Assembly (NCBI GenBank): GCA_965214945.1
Contig: OZ244029.1
Location: forward strand, 805,217-869,216
Source: Acidimicrobiales bacterium
GTDB taxonomy: Bacteria > Actinomycetota > Acidimicrobiia > Acidimicrobiales > Aldehydirespiratoraceae
Reading direction: 5' to 3'
Length of the DNA: 64,000 nt
Shown here: positions 1 to 10,600 of the stretch, one piece after another
Numbering within the stretch: the stretch's first letter is position 1
How the letters are laid out: the number at the start of each line of letters is the position of its first letter
Position numbers and translations under genes: made by a program
The notes under the pieces: generated by a model
The model's database searches: none
What the model was told of the DNA's origin: nothing
Seen by the model: the letters and a program-made list of their open reading frames with translations, nothing else

Positions 1-316
1 TCTCGACCTGCGGTTCGGTGAAGGGACCGACGGCTGCCGGACGGTCCGGATTGTCCAATGGTCGCGATCTTCCAAGCTGGCGCGCTGCACGCCACGGAGA
101 TGGCCACGTTGACGCCCGACTCGGCAGGCGTCAGCGAAAGGACGGACTACCAATGCGCATCTCCATGCTCACGCGCCAAGCCGGGGCGTGCGGTTGCCGT
201 GCCTTCGTGGAGCGGGAGACAGCTGCGGCACGTCTCGGACAGGGTTGACGCCAACGGCAAGCCTGGTCACCGTGCCCTCGTGGAGTGGGAGACCGCTGGG
301 GCTGCCGCAGAAGAGG

Positions 317-348
317 AACGGCCCCAGCCGTAGGCCGGGGCCGTTTTT
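317..348 (+). terminator. GC-rich hairpin with U-tract upstream of NYN gene (terminator or structured RNA)
   Basis: aacggcccc-agccgtaggcc-ggggccgtt followed by ttt; second small hairpin ccaggg...ccctgg at 351-369. Confidence 0.5.
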
Positions 349-427
349 GGCCAGGGCTACTCACCCTGGGGGGGTGCGACCGCAGTATAGGCCGGTTTGT
401 CGGAAAAGCCCAAGTATCTTCGGTTGA

Positions 428-1066
428 ATGGCCGAAGGCCGCGTGATCGCCTACATCGATGGGTACAACCTGTACTACGGCATGATCGAGACGCGACTCC
501 ATTTGTCGCGGTGGCTCGACCTGCCGGCGCTGGGGCGCTCGCTCCTCAAATCCCACCAGCACCTCGTGACGACGCGTTACTTCACGACCCGTGTCCGCGG
601 GAACTCAAAAAAGGCTCGGCGGCAAGCCCAACGGCAAGGGATCTTCATAGACGCTTTGCTTGCACGAGGCGGAATCGAAATCGACTACGGTCACTTCCTC
701 TCCAAGCCGATCTCCTGCCACAAATGCGGAAACAGATGGCAGAAGAACGAAGAGAAGAAGACCGATGTCAACATCGCTGTTCGCCTCCTCGACGATGCAT
801 ACGACGATCTCTTCGACGTCGCAATCATCGTCTCCGGCGACAGCGACCTCGTTCCGGCCATTGAGTCAGTGCGTGCCCGGTTCCCACACAAGCGCCTGCT
901 CGTGGCCTTCCCGCCCCGCCGCACCTCCAAGGAACTCCGGCGCGTCGCTGACGCTGCGTTCAAGATCCCGAAAGCAAAGATCCGATCCGCGTGCCTTCCT
1001 GACTCTGTGACTACCAGGGACGGTACGGTCCTGCATGCCCCGAGAGGCTGGCTCCCGAAGACCTGA
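428..1066 (+). CDS. NYN (LabA/DUF88, PIN-like) domain ribonuclease
   Basis: YIDGYNLY, EEKKTDVNIA, IVSGDSDLVP motifs; CxxC insert. Confidence 0.9.
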   Translation: MAEGRVIAYIDGYNLYYGMIETRLHLSRWLDLPALGRSLLKSHQHLVTTRYFTTRVRGNSKKARRQAQRQGIFIDALLARGGIEIDYGHFLSKPISCHKCGNRWQKNEEKKTDVNIAVRLLDDAYDDLFDVAIIVSGDSDLVPAIESVRARFPHKRLLVAFPPRRTSKELRRVADAAFKIPKAKIRSACLPDSVTTRDGTVLHAPRGWLPKT

Positions 1067-2270
1067 AGCCAATTTGCCTCGCTAAGGATCGGCCGGGTGA
1101 GTTCAGCCGCAGATCGAGTTCCGGGTCCGAGTTGCCGTCAAGACGGGCGACCAACTGGCGTGCCCGGACTCGGTCGACGCGCAAGAACCGGGCTAGCTGG
1201 CCCTCGCTGAGTTCTCCTTGAAGGTAGGCTTCGGCTGCCATACACCGGTAGCGGAATGGGAGCATTTCACGATCTCGCGGGTGTGCTTCGATCGCTAGCG
1301 GGCTTCGCGCTTCGCCTACCTTGAATCCTTCTCCTTTAAGGCGATCCCACGTGTAAGCACGTGCTAGCGATAGGTTCTCAAGTCTCAGTGCCATGGTCTG
1401 GACTCCGACTTTGAACCGGTCGGCGAGATGGATCAGGTCGGCTTGCGTCGCACCATTGGGGCGGCTCTGTGCGATCTCGTGGAATCTTCTCATCACACCG
1501 GCAGCAGGCATGAGGAAGTTCTCAGCGAAGGCGTCGGCGTATCTTTCTCTCACTGGCACTCGCCCGTAGTTGCCAAGGGCGGTCACTTCAGTGCTGGCGC
1601 GCTGGGTAAGGAAGTGGCCGAACTCATGGGCCATGGTCCAGCGTTGGCGTTCGAAAGGGTGCTTGATGTTGAACGCGACGCAGGCACCATAGATGGTCGA
1701 GCCGATGAAGAGCCCAGCGACCAGGCCCGGAAGATCAAGGCCGAACACTCTAAGCCCAACATCGGACTCCAAGAGCTGACGCAACCCGAGAACAGGGCCA
1801 TCCCCGAGGCCGAGACGATTCCGTTCTGCTGCTTCCAGAGCCTCGCCGGCAGCAGTCGGCTTCAGCGCGTGAGTCGGCCGCTCAGTCGGATATTGCTGCG
1901 GAAGCGCCGACCCGCTGATCCGCTCAAGCTCAACGTAGTCATCGGCCAACTCTTGGAGCATCGACACTGCCGTCAGTACCTCTGTGTCGATGAGACTGCA
2001 GTCCGCTGAGGAACGGAACTCTGCTACAAAGTCCTCACCCACCGGCGAAGTACGCAGCAGTTCGTTGACAGGCTTTCCAAAAAGCTCGGCAAGAGCCACC
2101 AACTCTTCTGGGTGGACAGCGCGCTCGCCCTTCTCGATCGCGGCCATGGTCGTGCGTGACACCCCGATCCGATCGGCTGCCTCCTTCTGAGTCTTGACTG
2201 CAGCCTTGCGCGCCGCCCTCAGACGGGTCGCAACGCCTGACGTGTCCTCGATTTTCAGCATATCGGACAT
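1011..2270 (-). CDS. XRE-family HTH fused to ImmA/IrrE Zn metallopeptidase
   Basis: N-terminal HTH (TQKEAADRIGVSRTTMAAIEKG); RQRWTMAHEFGH HExxH; ERYADAFAENFLMP. Confidence 0.9.
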   Translation of the reverse strand: MSDMLKIEDTSGVATRLRAARKAAVKTQKEAADRIGVSRTTMAAIEKGERAVHPEELVALAELFGKPVNELLRTSPVGEDFVAEFRSSADCSLIDTEVLTAVSMLQELADDYVELERISGSALPQQYPTERPTHALKPTAAGEALEAAERNRLGLGDGPVLGLRQLLESDVGLRVFGLDLPGLVAGLFIGSTIYGACVAFNIKHPFERQRWTMAHEFGHFLTQRASTEVTALGNYGRVPVRERYADAFAENFLMPAAGVMRRFHEIAQSRPNGATQADLIHLADRFKVGVQTMALRLENLSLARAYTWDRLKGEGFKVGEARSPLAIEAHPRDREMLPFRYRCMAAEAYLQGELSEGQLARFLRVDRVRARQLVARLDGNSDPELDLRLNSPGRSLARQIGFRSSGASLSGHAGPYRPW

Positions 2271-2577
2271 CGCTGGCTCCTTCTTAGGCTGCCTTAGCCT
2301 CGACCGTCGAACCCATGTACCGCGAGACTCTCAGCCGGAACCCTGGACCATTCACCCACGTAGCGGCGATACATCTCAACTATCAGCTTGCGACAGACCG
2401 TTGGATCCTCAGGAGTAGGGGCCACGTCCTGTTCAAGCGTTCCATCGAGCGAGTAGAACTCAGTGAACTCCGCGCACAAGCCTCCCCACGGGTTCGGGCT
2501 GCGCAGACATCGTTAGTATCTTGCTCCGAGTGTGAGAGTGGCCACCGTGACGGCGGCAATCATGGGTTCTGTCTTGC

Positions 2578-2817
2578 TCATGGATCGGTCATTTCATGCT
2601 CGAACTCTGCCTCGAGTTCTGCGATGGTGGACGGATCGGTGATCAGGCACACCGTTTTTCTCTCGGTCTTGACCTCAGCGGCGCCCGGCGGGCAATCAAA
2701 CTCGGAGGTGGTGTTGTTCGAATCGTGCTTGAAGATGACGAGCAAGGCGAAGGTGAGTATGAACACGCCGAGGTAAAAGACCACTCGCAAGGTTGAGTAA
2801 CCCAACACCGTTCTCAT
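2578..2817 (-). CDS. small membrane-anchored hypothetical protein
   Basis: 79 aa, N-terminal hydrophobic helix, two Cys. Confidence 0.4.
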   Translation of the reverse strand: MRTVLGYSTLRVVFYLGVFILTFALLVIFKHDSNNTTSEFDCPPGAAEVKTERKTVCLITDPSTIAELEAEFEHEMTDP

Positions 2818-2961
2818 GCACCCTCAGCTGCGTCGAAGCCCGAACTCGACGAACTCAGCACAGTCGGCGACCAGAGCGCCGTCGTGATCGCCGCAAGCAG
2901 CGCGAAACACACGTCTCTACCCCTAACTGCCGAGTGTCATCAACCTAACTGCCGAGTGCAG

Positions 2962-3654
2962 CTAGGAGCTTGCGGCCGCCTGGGCGAGCAGCGTTTTGTA
3001 GATCTCGGTGTCGATTTTGCCTGTCACCCGGTTGATCACGCTTCCATCGGCGCCGATAACCGTCCAGTACGGGAATCCGACCAGGCCGTAACCCGTGGCG
3101 AGAGCGTGATCTTCGCTGTCTCGCAGCAGGATGCCCTCGTAGCCTTCACGCTCGAACCACTTCGAGGGCGGGTAGTTGTCGGAGTCGGGGTTGACCGCAG
3201 TGGAAATCGCTACCACTTCCACCCCCTCGGGCACGGCGATGCTCTTGAGCCACTCGACGAGGCGAGGCAGTTCGGCCTGGCAGTGCGGGCACCAGTGGGC
3301 CAAGAAGCCGATCACTCGGGCCACACCGTCGTTGCCCAGTGTCAGCCGGTCGCCTTCGTAGGTCTCGGCCACGATCACCGGGGCGGTTGCGCCCAGAGCC
3401 GGATCGGGTTGGTCGAACGGCGTCAGGGGGCTGCCGATGACCTCGGCAAAGCCGGTCTCGGCGACCTCGTCGGCGGTTTCGGTGCTCGATGTTGTACAAG
3501 CGGCGATCACCATCGCCGCCACCGCGATCAACCCAGCCGTCCAGATGACCGGTCGCAGGAACCTGCGGCGGTGTTCGCCGGCTGGGTACGTCTCTGCATC
3601 CGGCGGCTGCGACCGGCTTCGCTCCTGAGATGTCGGGTTGGTGCTATTGCTCAT
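2962..3654 (-). CDS. TlpA/ResA-like thioredoxin-fold disulfide oxidoreductase lipoprotein
   Basis: lipobox IAAC, AHWCPHCQAELP active site, GFPYW cis-Pro loop. Confidence 0.85.
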   Translation of the reverse strand: MSNSTNPTSQERSRSQPPDAETYPAGEHRRRFLRPVIWTAGLIAVAAMVIAACTTSSTETADEVAETGFAEVIGSPLTPFDQPDPALGATAPVIVAETYEGDRLTLGNDGVARVIGFLAHWCPHCQAELPRLVEWLKSIAVPEGVEVVAISTAVNPDSDNYPPSKWFEREGYEGILLRDSEDHALATGYGLVGFPYWTVIGADGSVINRVTGKIDTEIYKTLLAQAAASS

Positions 3655-3778
3655 CGGGTTTCCTCTCTGTGGTGCCCGAGACCAGGCTCAACGTGGCCAG
3701 GATCAACATAAAGCTAAGCGCCAACAGTTGCAGGATGGTCGCAAACCCGAATGCTCTCACCCAACGACTGCTGCACGG

Positions 3779-5116
3779 ATGACGGATGAACGTCGTCACC
3801 GCGCTGATCAAGGCCCTATTCTCCTTGCGGCTCCCTGGAGGCCGCCCACGACCGAACCAGCGCCCACGACCGACGCCCTCGCCGAGTCGTTCGACGCTCT
3901 GCTCGACACCATCCGCGACCGAGCCCAGTGGCTACAAGATCACCCGTTCTACGAAGACGAGATCAACCGGCCTGGGGCCTACATGCTGATGATCCACATG
4001 TTGATCAGCCACCTCGAGGAAGACCTGCTGTTCGATCCCGACTTCCCGACCTTTCGAGTTGTCGATCAGCGAGCCCGTGGAGGCGGCGACAACTCCGATC
4101 AGCGCTACCTGATAGCGCGCATCAACGGCGGCGACACCTACCGGATTTGGGGACGCATCGGCGCCGAGCGCAGGGTCGACCTGCAGATCTACGCGAGCAA
4201 TCCCTATGTGGCCGGAGGGGGCGGACGCTCCGCAGGCTTCCTCGCGCACGAGGATCTGCAGGTCGCCCCGGACGGCCGCTTCGAAGTGATCGCCTCACTA
4301 TCTCCGCCCGAGACGCCCGAGTCGCACTCACCGGAGACAGGCGAATCACCCGAGTCGCACAGCAGCAACTGGATGAACTGGATCGAGAACCCGCCCGACG
4401 GCACCCGCATTCTGGTGCGCCAGGTATATGGCGAATGGGCCTGTGACGACATGGGCGAGATCCACATTGACCGGACGGGTCACGAGGGCGACCTCAAGCC
4501 GCTGCTCACCGCCGACGAACTCGCCGCTCAGCTGCGTCGGATGACTGCCGGGTTCGACAACCACGTGGGTCTGTGGCCAGAGATGGTCCGCAGCTTCTAC
4601 GTGGAGCGCCTTCAGCCCAACGAGCTGTCGGACCCGATCGATCCTGGTGCCTTAGGCGGGGTGTCCGGGCGGTTCATGGCCTTCGGCACCTGGGATCTCG
4701 GCGAAGACGAAGCGCTCGTGGTCACCACCTGGCCGGCGTCGGGCAACTACCAGGGAATCCAGCTGACCGACCTGTGGTGGTCGTCGCTGGAGTACGCCAA
4801 TCGCCAGGCCAGCCTGACCGGCGATCAGGCCCTGCTCGGCGACGACGGCAGCTACACCTTCGTGCTCGCAGCATCCGATCCCGGCGTGGCCAACTGGCTC
4901 GACACCATGGGAATGCGACGTGGGGTCATCATGCTGCGCTTCGACGGCACCCGCGAGCCGACCTTCGACCCGTCCAAGCGGCCCGTCGCCCGATTGGTGC
5001 CGCTCAGCGACCTCGACAACCACCTCGGGCCGGGCGTGCCAAGGATCAGCGCCGAGGAGCGCCGCGCAGCCATCGCGGCACGCCGCGCCCACGTTCAGGT
5101 CCGCTTCGGCACCTGA
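3779..5116 (+). CDS. DUF1214-family protein (start uncertain)
   Basis: GGDNSDQRY..ARI..G.TYRIWG, WWSSLEYANRQASL, DPGVANWLDT motifs typical of actinobacterial DUF1214 proteins. Confidence 0.75.
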   Translation: MTDERRHRADQGPILLAAPWRPPTTEPAPTTDALAESFDALLDTIRDRAQWLQDHPFYEDEINRPGAYMLMIHMLISHLEEDLLFDPDFPTFRVVDQRARGGGDNSDQRYLIARINGGDTYRIWGRIGAERRVDLQIYASNPYVAGGGGRSAGFLAHEDLQVAPDGRFEVIASLSPPETPESHSPETGESPESHSSNWMNWIENPPDGTRILVRQVYGEWACDDMGEIHIDRTGHEGDLKPLLTADELAAQLRRMTAGFDNHVGLWPEMVRSFYVERLQPNELSDPIDPGALGGVSGRFMAFGTWDLGEDEALVVTTWPASGNYQGIQLTDLWWSSLEYANRQASLTGDQALLGDDGSYTFVLAASDPGVANWLDTMGMRRGVIMLRFDGTREPTFDPSKRPVARLVPLSDLDNHLGPGVPRISAEERRAAIAARRAHVQVRFGT

Positions 5117-5223
5117 GGGCCACCGACTGCGGCTTTGCCTCAGGTCACGCCGAGCCTTGGGGCAACGGCGGCTGACGGTTTGCGGTATGCCTCGGCAAGG
5201 CCCATCCATCTACCATTCTCCTT

Positions 5224-5673
5224 ATGCACCACCACCACAACGGCGCTGCCCTGCTCTCTGTCGGCTACGAACGACGAGACCTCGACGAACTCGTCGCGCT
5301 TTTGGTCGACCACAACGTCCACACCCTCGTCGACGTACGACTCAACCCCATCTCCCGCAAGAAGGGATTCTCCAAGACCGCCCTCTCCGGCACCCTGGCC
5401 GCCGCTGGGATCGAATACCGTCACGAACGCCAACTCGGCAACCCGAAAGCGAACCGCCAACCGTTCCGACGGGGCCTCGCTTCAGCACGGATCCGGTACC
5501 GCCACCACCTCGCCAACGGAGCCTCCGAAGCCCTAGCCGATGTCGTCGCCCTTATCACGACCAGGCGGGTGGCGCTGCTCTGCTACGAGCGTGAGCACGG
5601 CACATGTCACCGTTCCTGCATCACTGACGCCGTCCTGAACGACAACCCCGCGCTCCAGGTCATAGAGATCTAG
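5224..5673 (+). CDS. DUF488-family protein
   Basis: SVGYE, LVDVRLNP.SRKKGFSK, LGNP, LLCYE....CHR motifs. Confidence 0.85.
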   Translation: MHHHHNGAALLSVGYERRDLDELVALLVDHNVHTLVDVRLNPISRKKGFSKTALSGTLAAAGIEYRHERQLGNPKANRQPFRRGLASARIRYRHHLANGASEALADVVALITTRRVALLCYEREHGTCHRSCITDAVLNDNPALQVIEI

Positions 5674-5682
5674 ATCCGACCA

Positions 5683-6507
5683 GTGCCTTCCGAAACAACG
5701 CTGCGGGTCATGGTCCTCGTCAAGGCGGCACCTGTCCTCACGTCCGAACTGCGCGAGTCGATGTGCGTCGCCGCCATGACCCTGGACGACGACCCACGTT
5801 GGATCAGGCTTCACCCGGTTCCCTTCCGGGACCTCGGCGAAGAATCCCAGTTCAAGAAGTACCAAGAGATTCAGGTGAGAGTGATTCGCTCGCGCACCGA
5901 CCGCCGACCCGAATCGTGGAAGCCCATCGAGGGCTCGATCAAACTCGGCGACGTCATCGGAACCAACCACGGCTGGTCAACTCGCCGGGAGCGCATCAAA
6001 CAGCTCGGCGAGCACACGATGTGCGATCTCCATGCGGAGAACAAGGACGGCTCCGGCCAGGGTGTCGCCTCCCTCGCCGTCGTCCGCACCGCTGCATGTC
6101 CCCAACTACTGATCAAGAAGCGCGATGACGCACAGCTCAGCAAGTTGAACCGGAGAGCTAAGGCCATAGCAGCCCGACCGTCGCTCTTTGACAACCCCGA
6201 GAAGGCCAAGCCCGACTTGAAGGTCATCCCTTGGCGGTTCAGCTATAAGTACCGGTGCCTCGCCTCAGGCTGCAAAGGCCATAACCAGACCATCATCGAC
6301 TGGGAAGCCGTTGCCTTGTACCGCAACATCCGCCGAGAGTGGGACTGGTGCGCCCAGATGACCAAGAAGTTCGTTGACGACCTCTGGGCAAGCGACAGAG
6401 ACACACGGCTCTTCGTCGGCAACATGCAACAACGTCCGTGGAACTTCCTGGTCCTAGGGATCTTCTGGCCTCCACGCCAACCTCTCCAAACGTCGCTTCT
6501 CCCATAG
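5683..6507 (+). CDS. conserved hypothetical partner of DUF488 (possible OB-fold nucleic-acid-binding protein)
   Basis: 9 bp after DUF488; VLVKA, CVAA, WIRLHPVPFR, FKKYQ, DRRPES, YRC..GC.GH, IIDWE, FVGN, LGIFWPP. Confidence 0.65.
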   Translation: MPSETTLRVMVLVKAAPVLTSELRESMCVAAMTLDDDPRWIRLHPVPFRDLGEESQFKKYQEIQVRVIRSRTDRRPESWKPIEGSIKLGDVIGTNHGWSTRRERIKQLGEHTMCDLHAENKDGSGQGVASLAVVRTAACPQLLIKKRDDAQLSKLNRRAKAIAARPSLFDNPEKAKPDLKVIPWRFSYKYRCLASGCKGHNQTIIDWEAVALYRNIRREWDWCAQMTKKFVDDLWASDRDTRLFVGNMQQRPWNFLVLGIFWPPRQPLQTSLLP

Positions 6508-6694
6508 AACCCGACGAATGGTCCCGGGCCACGCTCCCGGCCAGATTATGTGGCTCAACCAGGGCCGCACCTAAGTTAGTAGCCGTCAATCCAAGAAGCC
6601 CGGTCGAAAGGGTAGGCCGGAAGAGCTTCGTAGGCTGAGGGTCAGCAACCTGGCGAGTGCCCACGATGTCGCCACCTCCAAACCCCTGGTTTCC

Positions 6695-6903
6695 GAACCT
6701 CCGGTTGCATCCATGCCTGTAGAATAACTCACTCCCAGGATTGAGGAGTGCGCCGTCGAGATTCAATCGGTTCTTGCAGCACGACGCCAGCATCAAGCAC
6801 CATAGACCCCCGACCTGCTGATTGCTGCCACAGTTGAACTCGCCGAGCTGACCGTGCTCCACTATGACAAGGATTGACCTGATCGCACAAGTCACAGGCA
6901 GCG
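6695..6903 (+). pseudogene. vapC: vapC (PIN toxin) remnant
   Basis: translates [58 protein letters not shown]/(frameshift)DLIAQVTG; two stops and one frameshift in an actinobacterial VapC C-terminal half. Confidence 0.8.
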
Positions 6904-6904
6904 G

Positions 6905-6910
6905 TATAAT
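6905..6910 (+). promoter_or_regulatory. perfect -10 box, possible leaderless promoter for 6917 ORF
   Basis: TATAAT 6 nt before ATG 6917; no RBS seen. Confidence 0.35.
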
Positions 6911-6916
6911 GATGGG

Positions 6917-7321
6917 ATGATAGATAGCACAGATGACCACGCTGCTAAGCATGCTTTGGAGTCTTCATCGAAGGAGTACGCTGAGATAGATGCCCTGCTT
7001 GTCAAACTGGCTACGAGCGGCCTTGGATTCGTTGTGGCTTTGGATGCTTATCAGGAGGATCAGCGAACTGGCTGGCTCTGCTTCAGTTGGTTCACCCTCC
7101 TTGGCTGCATCTCCTTCGTCCTCGTATCGAAGTATCTCTCAGTTGAGGCTCTCCGGGCGTTCTACCTCTCAAGAGAGCACGAGGACTCCGACACGAGACA
7201 GAAGAAGGCACGGTTAGCGGAGCGGCTGGACAAGTGGATCAAGTGGACCAACTGGATCGGGGGTAGCCTTTTCTTTGTGGGAGCCCTATTCGTGATCTTG
7301 CACGTCTTGGCAGTCGGATAA
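6917..7321 (+). CDS. small multi-TM membrane protein
   Basis: 134 aa with about three hydrophobic segments; lower GC than flanks. Confidence 0.6.
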   Translation: MIDSTDDHAAKHALESSSKEYAEIDALLVKLATSGLGFVVALDAYQEDQRTGWLCFSWFTLLGCISFVLVSKYLSVEALRAFYLSREHEDSDTRQKKARLAERLDKWIKWTNWIGGSLFFVGALFVILHVLAVG

Positions 7322-7439
7322 GGAGTATAATCATGAAGGATTATCACAAGAAGGAACAACGCTGTGGGGCCCTATTGGTGGTCTTGCACGTCGTGACAGC
7401 CAGAAAGGAGTTATTGTCATGAGCGATTATGACAAGAAG
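7276..7439 (+). repeat. degenerate tandem duplication (~78 bp unit, 87 bp period) spanning gene end, RBS and next start
   Basis: tgtgggagccctattcgtgatcttgcacgtc...aaggagtataatcatgaaggattatcacaagaag (7276-7353) vs tgtggggccctattggtggtcttgcacgtc...aaggagttattgtcatgagcgattatgacaagaag (7363-7439). Confidence 0.8.
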
Positions 7440-7685
7440 AGCCAGCGCCTCGATGGGGGCCCAGTCAAGTACTGGCCCCAATTCGAACCTGGAGGCGAGT
7501 ACGAGCACCTATTCGAAACTGAAGGCGGCGTAGAGACTCGAGGCTGCAGACCACCGCCATCAACTACAACAGAGGCAGAAGCGAGTGGCAGGTTTGTTGC
7601 AGGCCGCTTGAGCCGCAAGGAGAGGCGGCGATTGCGCCGATTCCGGCTCGCTACTCGAACTCGGAGGCGCGGGCGCCGAGGTTAG
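7419..7685 (+). CDS. small hypothetical protein
   Basis: AAGGAG RBS before ATG; 88 aa; tail overlaps convergent gene. Confidence 0.4.
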   Translation: MSDYDKKSQRLDGGPVKYWPQFEPGGEYEHLFETEGGVETRGCRPPPSTTTEAEASGRFVAGRLSRKERRRLRRFRLATRTRRRGRRG

Positions 7686-10600
7686 TGGCGTTTTCGGAGA
7701 CGGTGCGTTGGGTGGCGTCGTCGTAGCCGGCGTCGTTGTTGGCACGGACCTCGAGTTCGTATGAGATCTCGGTCCCCAGGTGCTTCAGCACGAGATCGCT
7801 GATGTCGCCGATCTGCTTGATCCAGCGCACCGAGTCGAGGTCGAAATGCGCGTAGAATTTGGTGATCGCTGGTAGCTCGGGGGTAGGCGGCTCGCCGGGC
7901 GGGTCACCGACGTTGCCTCCGCCGGGCTTGCCGCCTCCGCCTGGCGGTGGGGGAGGTGGGGTCGGCGCCGGAACGTGGTCCGGGTGAACAACAAGACCGC
8001 TCCTCATCACTGGCGAGACGTGCTCACCCGTGCGCACGCCGACCCAAGTCTCGCCGTCATGGGCTTCGGCGTAGCCGAAGGTGTCCTGCTCCCAGTTAAG
8101 GTTGGACGTGCCGTCGCTGATCGCATCGGCCAGGGTGTCGTAGGACGCCAGCCGATGCAGGTGCGGGTATCGGGCATAGTTGGACCAGAGGTCGCCCACG
8201 GAAATGTCTCCCCGGTCCGTCCAGAGGTCGTAGCGGTCGATATACCTCTTCACCCAGAAGCCGCCGTAGGTGGCGATCAGCTTCTCCTCGGTGGCGAGCT
8301 TCTTGCTGACCCGGGCGGCGATGTCGCACCGCTCGGTGGCTTTGGTCGTCTGCCAGATGATCTCGCTGGTCCCGGGCTCCTGGCGCGGTGTGAGCACAAG
8401 GGTGAACGTTTCGGCGATGAGGCTGTCGACTTGCTGAGAGGTCTCGGCCGCTTTCGTCTCGGCCTGCTTCTTCTGGTGGGGTGTGAGATCGAGCGTCTCG
8501 TGCTCGTCGACGATCGAGCACCAGGCCAGATACAACCGGGTCGCCGCCCGGAGTTCGCTCAGTCGGTTGGCAGCCGCGGCTGTGAACACCAACAGGTTGC
8601 GGTTCAGCCGAGGTCCACTGTGGCGCTGGTTGAGAATCTTCGATGCCAGCTTGACGGCAGGCGAGTGGTCGTCGTTGGGTGAATGGGTGACCTTCGGGGT
8701 CAGGATCACGAGGCGCACGCCGTCATCGTCGTCGGGGACGTCGCCGGGGCCTTCTGCGAATACCTGCACAGCGGCGAAGTTGCCTCGGTCGGACTGTTTA
8801 GCGATTCGCTTTTTGACTTCGTCGTCAGCGTCTCGGTCGGAATAGTTCGACGCTGCCCGATCTGCAGCGAGGCGGGTGACTGTAGGCTGCAGCGCGTACC
8901 AGTACTGTGCGCCGTCGACGTAGAGGTGCGTCGCTCGGCCGGACAGCCGTCTCAGGGCAGCGGTGAACTGCTCGACCGGCTCGCCAGGCTGAGCACAGCC
9001 GAGCATGATGTGTTTTACGTCGATACCGCGTGAGCGGTCGGGCTTAGCGGCTGAGCCCATGTAGACGGTGCGGGCCGCTCGCCGGGTGGCCGAGTAGCGC
9101 CCGAGGTGCTTGTACTCGTTATCGATGCGCAACGGCAGGGAATTTTCGCCGTCGACGTCGGCCTTGATAACAGGGTCCCAGCTCTCTTCGAGGTACTTCT
9201 TCATCTCGCTAACCAGCGCGCCGGAGTCCATCGGGAGGTTGCCGGGCATGATCAGCAGCGACTGGTCGCCGCGCTGCCAAAGCTGCGATATCGCCAGGGC
9301 CATCAGTCGCAACACGCCCCGGGTTCGCTGGAACTTGTCGAGTGCCGACCAGTCGCCGAAGAGCCGATCGAACAGTTCGGGATGGATCGGATACGACGCT
9401 TCCATTCTCCGGCGGTAGTCGGTCTCGGAGCAGCCGGCCGGGAACTCGATTGCCCTGTTGCGGTACATCTCGGAGAACGCCCGGATCACCCCGTCGCGCA
9501 CCCGGGCCTTGTCCGCGGGGATGGTCTCAAACAGACGACGCCGGACGATCTCGAACGACTCGTCCGGCGATGCCGGTTGCCACTGGGCAGCCAAGCGGGT
9601 GACGACGTTCTTCAGCTTCTCCAGTGCGGTCTTGCCGCGGTCGCCGCCGATCTCGATGTCGGACGCCGGGATCGACACGAGTACCACTACGTTGGGCACT
9701 GCGGCGGCAGCCTCGGTGAGCGACTGGGCAAAGGTGAACTGGGTGTCGAAATCACCTCCGGCCAGCCGCCTGCCGTCACCACCATCGCGAAGCTGACGGG
9801 CGTAGGCGACCCATTCGTCGATCAGCACGACAGCAGGGCCGAACTGCTGAAACAGGGTCCGAAGCGCGGCACCGGGGTTGGTGCCCGCCTCGTCGTCGGT
9901 GCGAACTAGTTCATAGCCGGCCTTGCCGCCCAGTTGGTAAGCGAGACGACCCCACAGAGTGTGCAGCTCGATGCCGTCTTCTACCGGCTCCGGCGCGGCC
10001 GGAGAGATGGTTTGGCCGACCAGGACCGCACGGTTGATGTTGCCGGGCAGCGACAGCTTCTCGGTGGTGAGGGCCTCGGCGATGCCTGGGAGATCCTTTG
10101 CGGGCACGTCGGATGCGAGGTGGTAGAGGGCGATCATCGAGTGGGTCTTGCCGCCGCCGAAGTTGGTCTGCAGCTCGATCACTGGGTCGCCGCCGGCGCC
10201 GGAGAGGCGCCTGGTCGCACTGACCAGCAGATCACGTAGACCCTCGGTCAGGAAGGTGCGAGCGAAGAACGCCTTGGGGTCCTGGTATTCGAAGTCGGCA
10301 CGACCGTTGGCAACTTCGAAGAGGTCCGCAGCAAATTCGGCCTGGTCGAACCGTCCCGACGCCACATCGGTGTGGGGGGCAATGATCTCCCGCCACGACG
10401 TCAGGCCCGCCTGGGGCCGACCCTCGGTCGGCTTGGCGGCGATCTTGCGGCGCTCAGAGCGGGCTTCCTCTTTGAAGATCTGGCGCATCAGGCCGCGGCG
10501 CAGCGTCTTGATGGACTGACGGTTCTCGGTGTCGCCGAAGGCCTCGAGCACGCGCTCCATCGAGTCGAGGGCGCGAGCCGTGTCGTCGCTCGAAAACGAG

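Noticed and set aside
58-333. 91-aa ORF at the window start
   Set aside because: No recognisable motif; may be a truncated or frameshifted tail of an upstream gene
2294-2479. 61-aa ORF upstream of the XRE-ImmA gene
   Set aside because: Short, no motif or clear RBS; possibly decayed sequence
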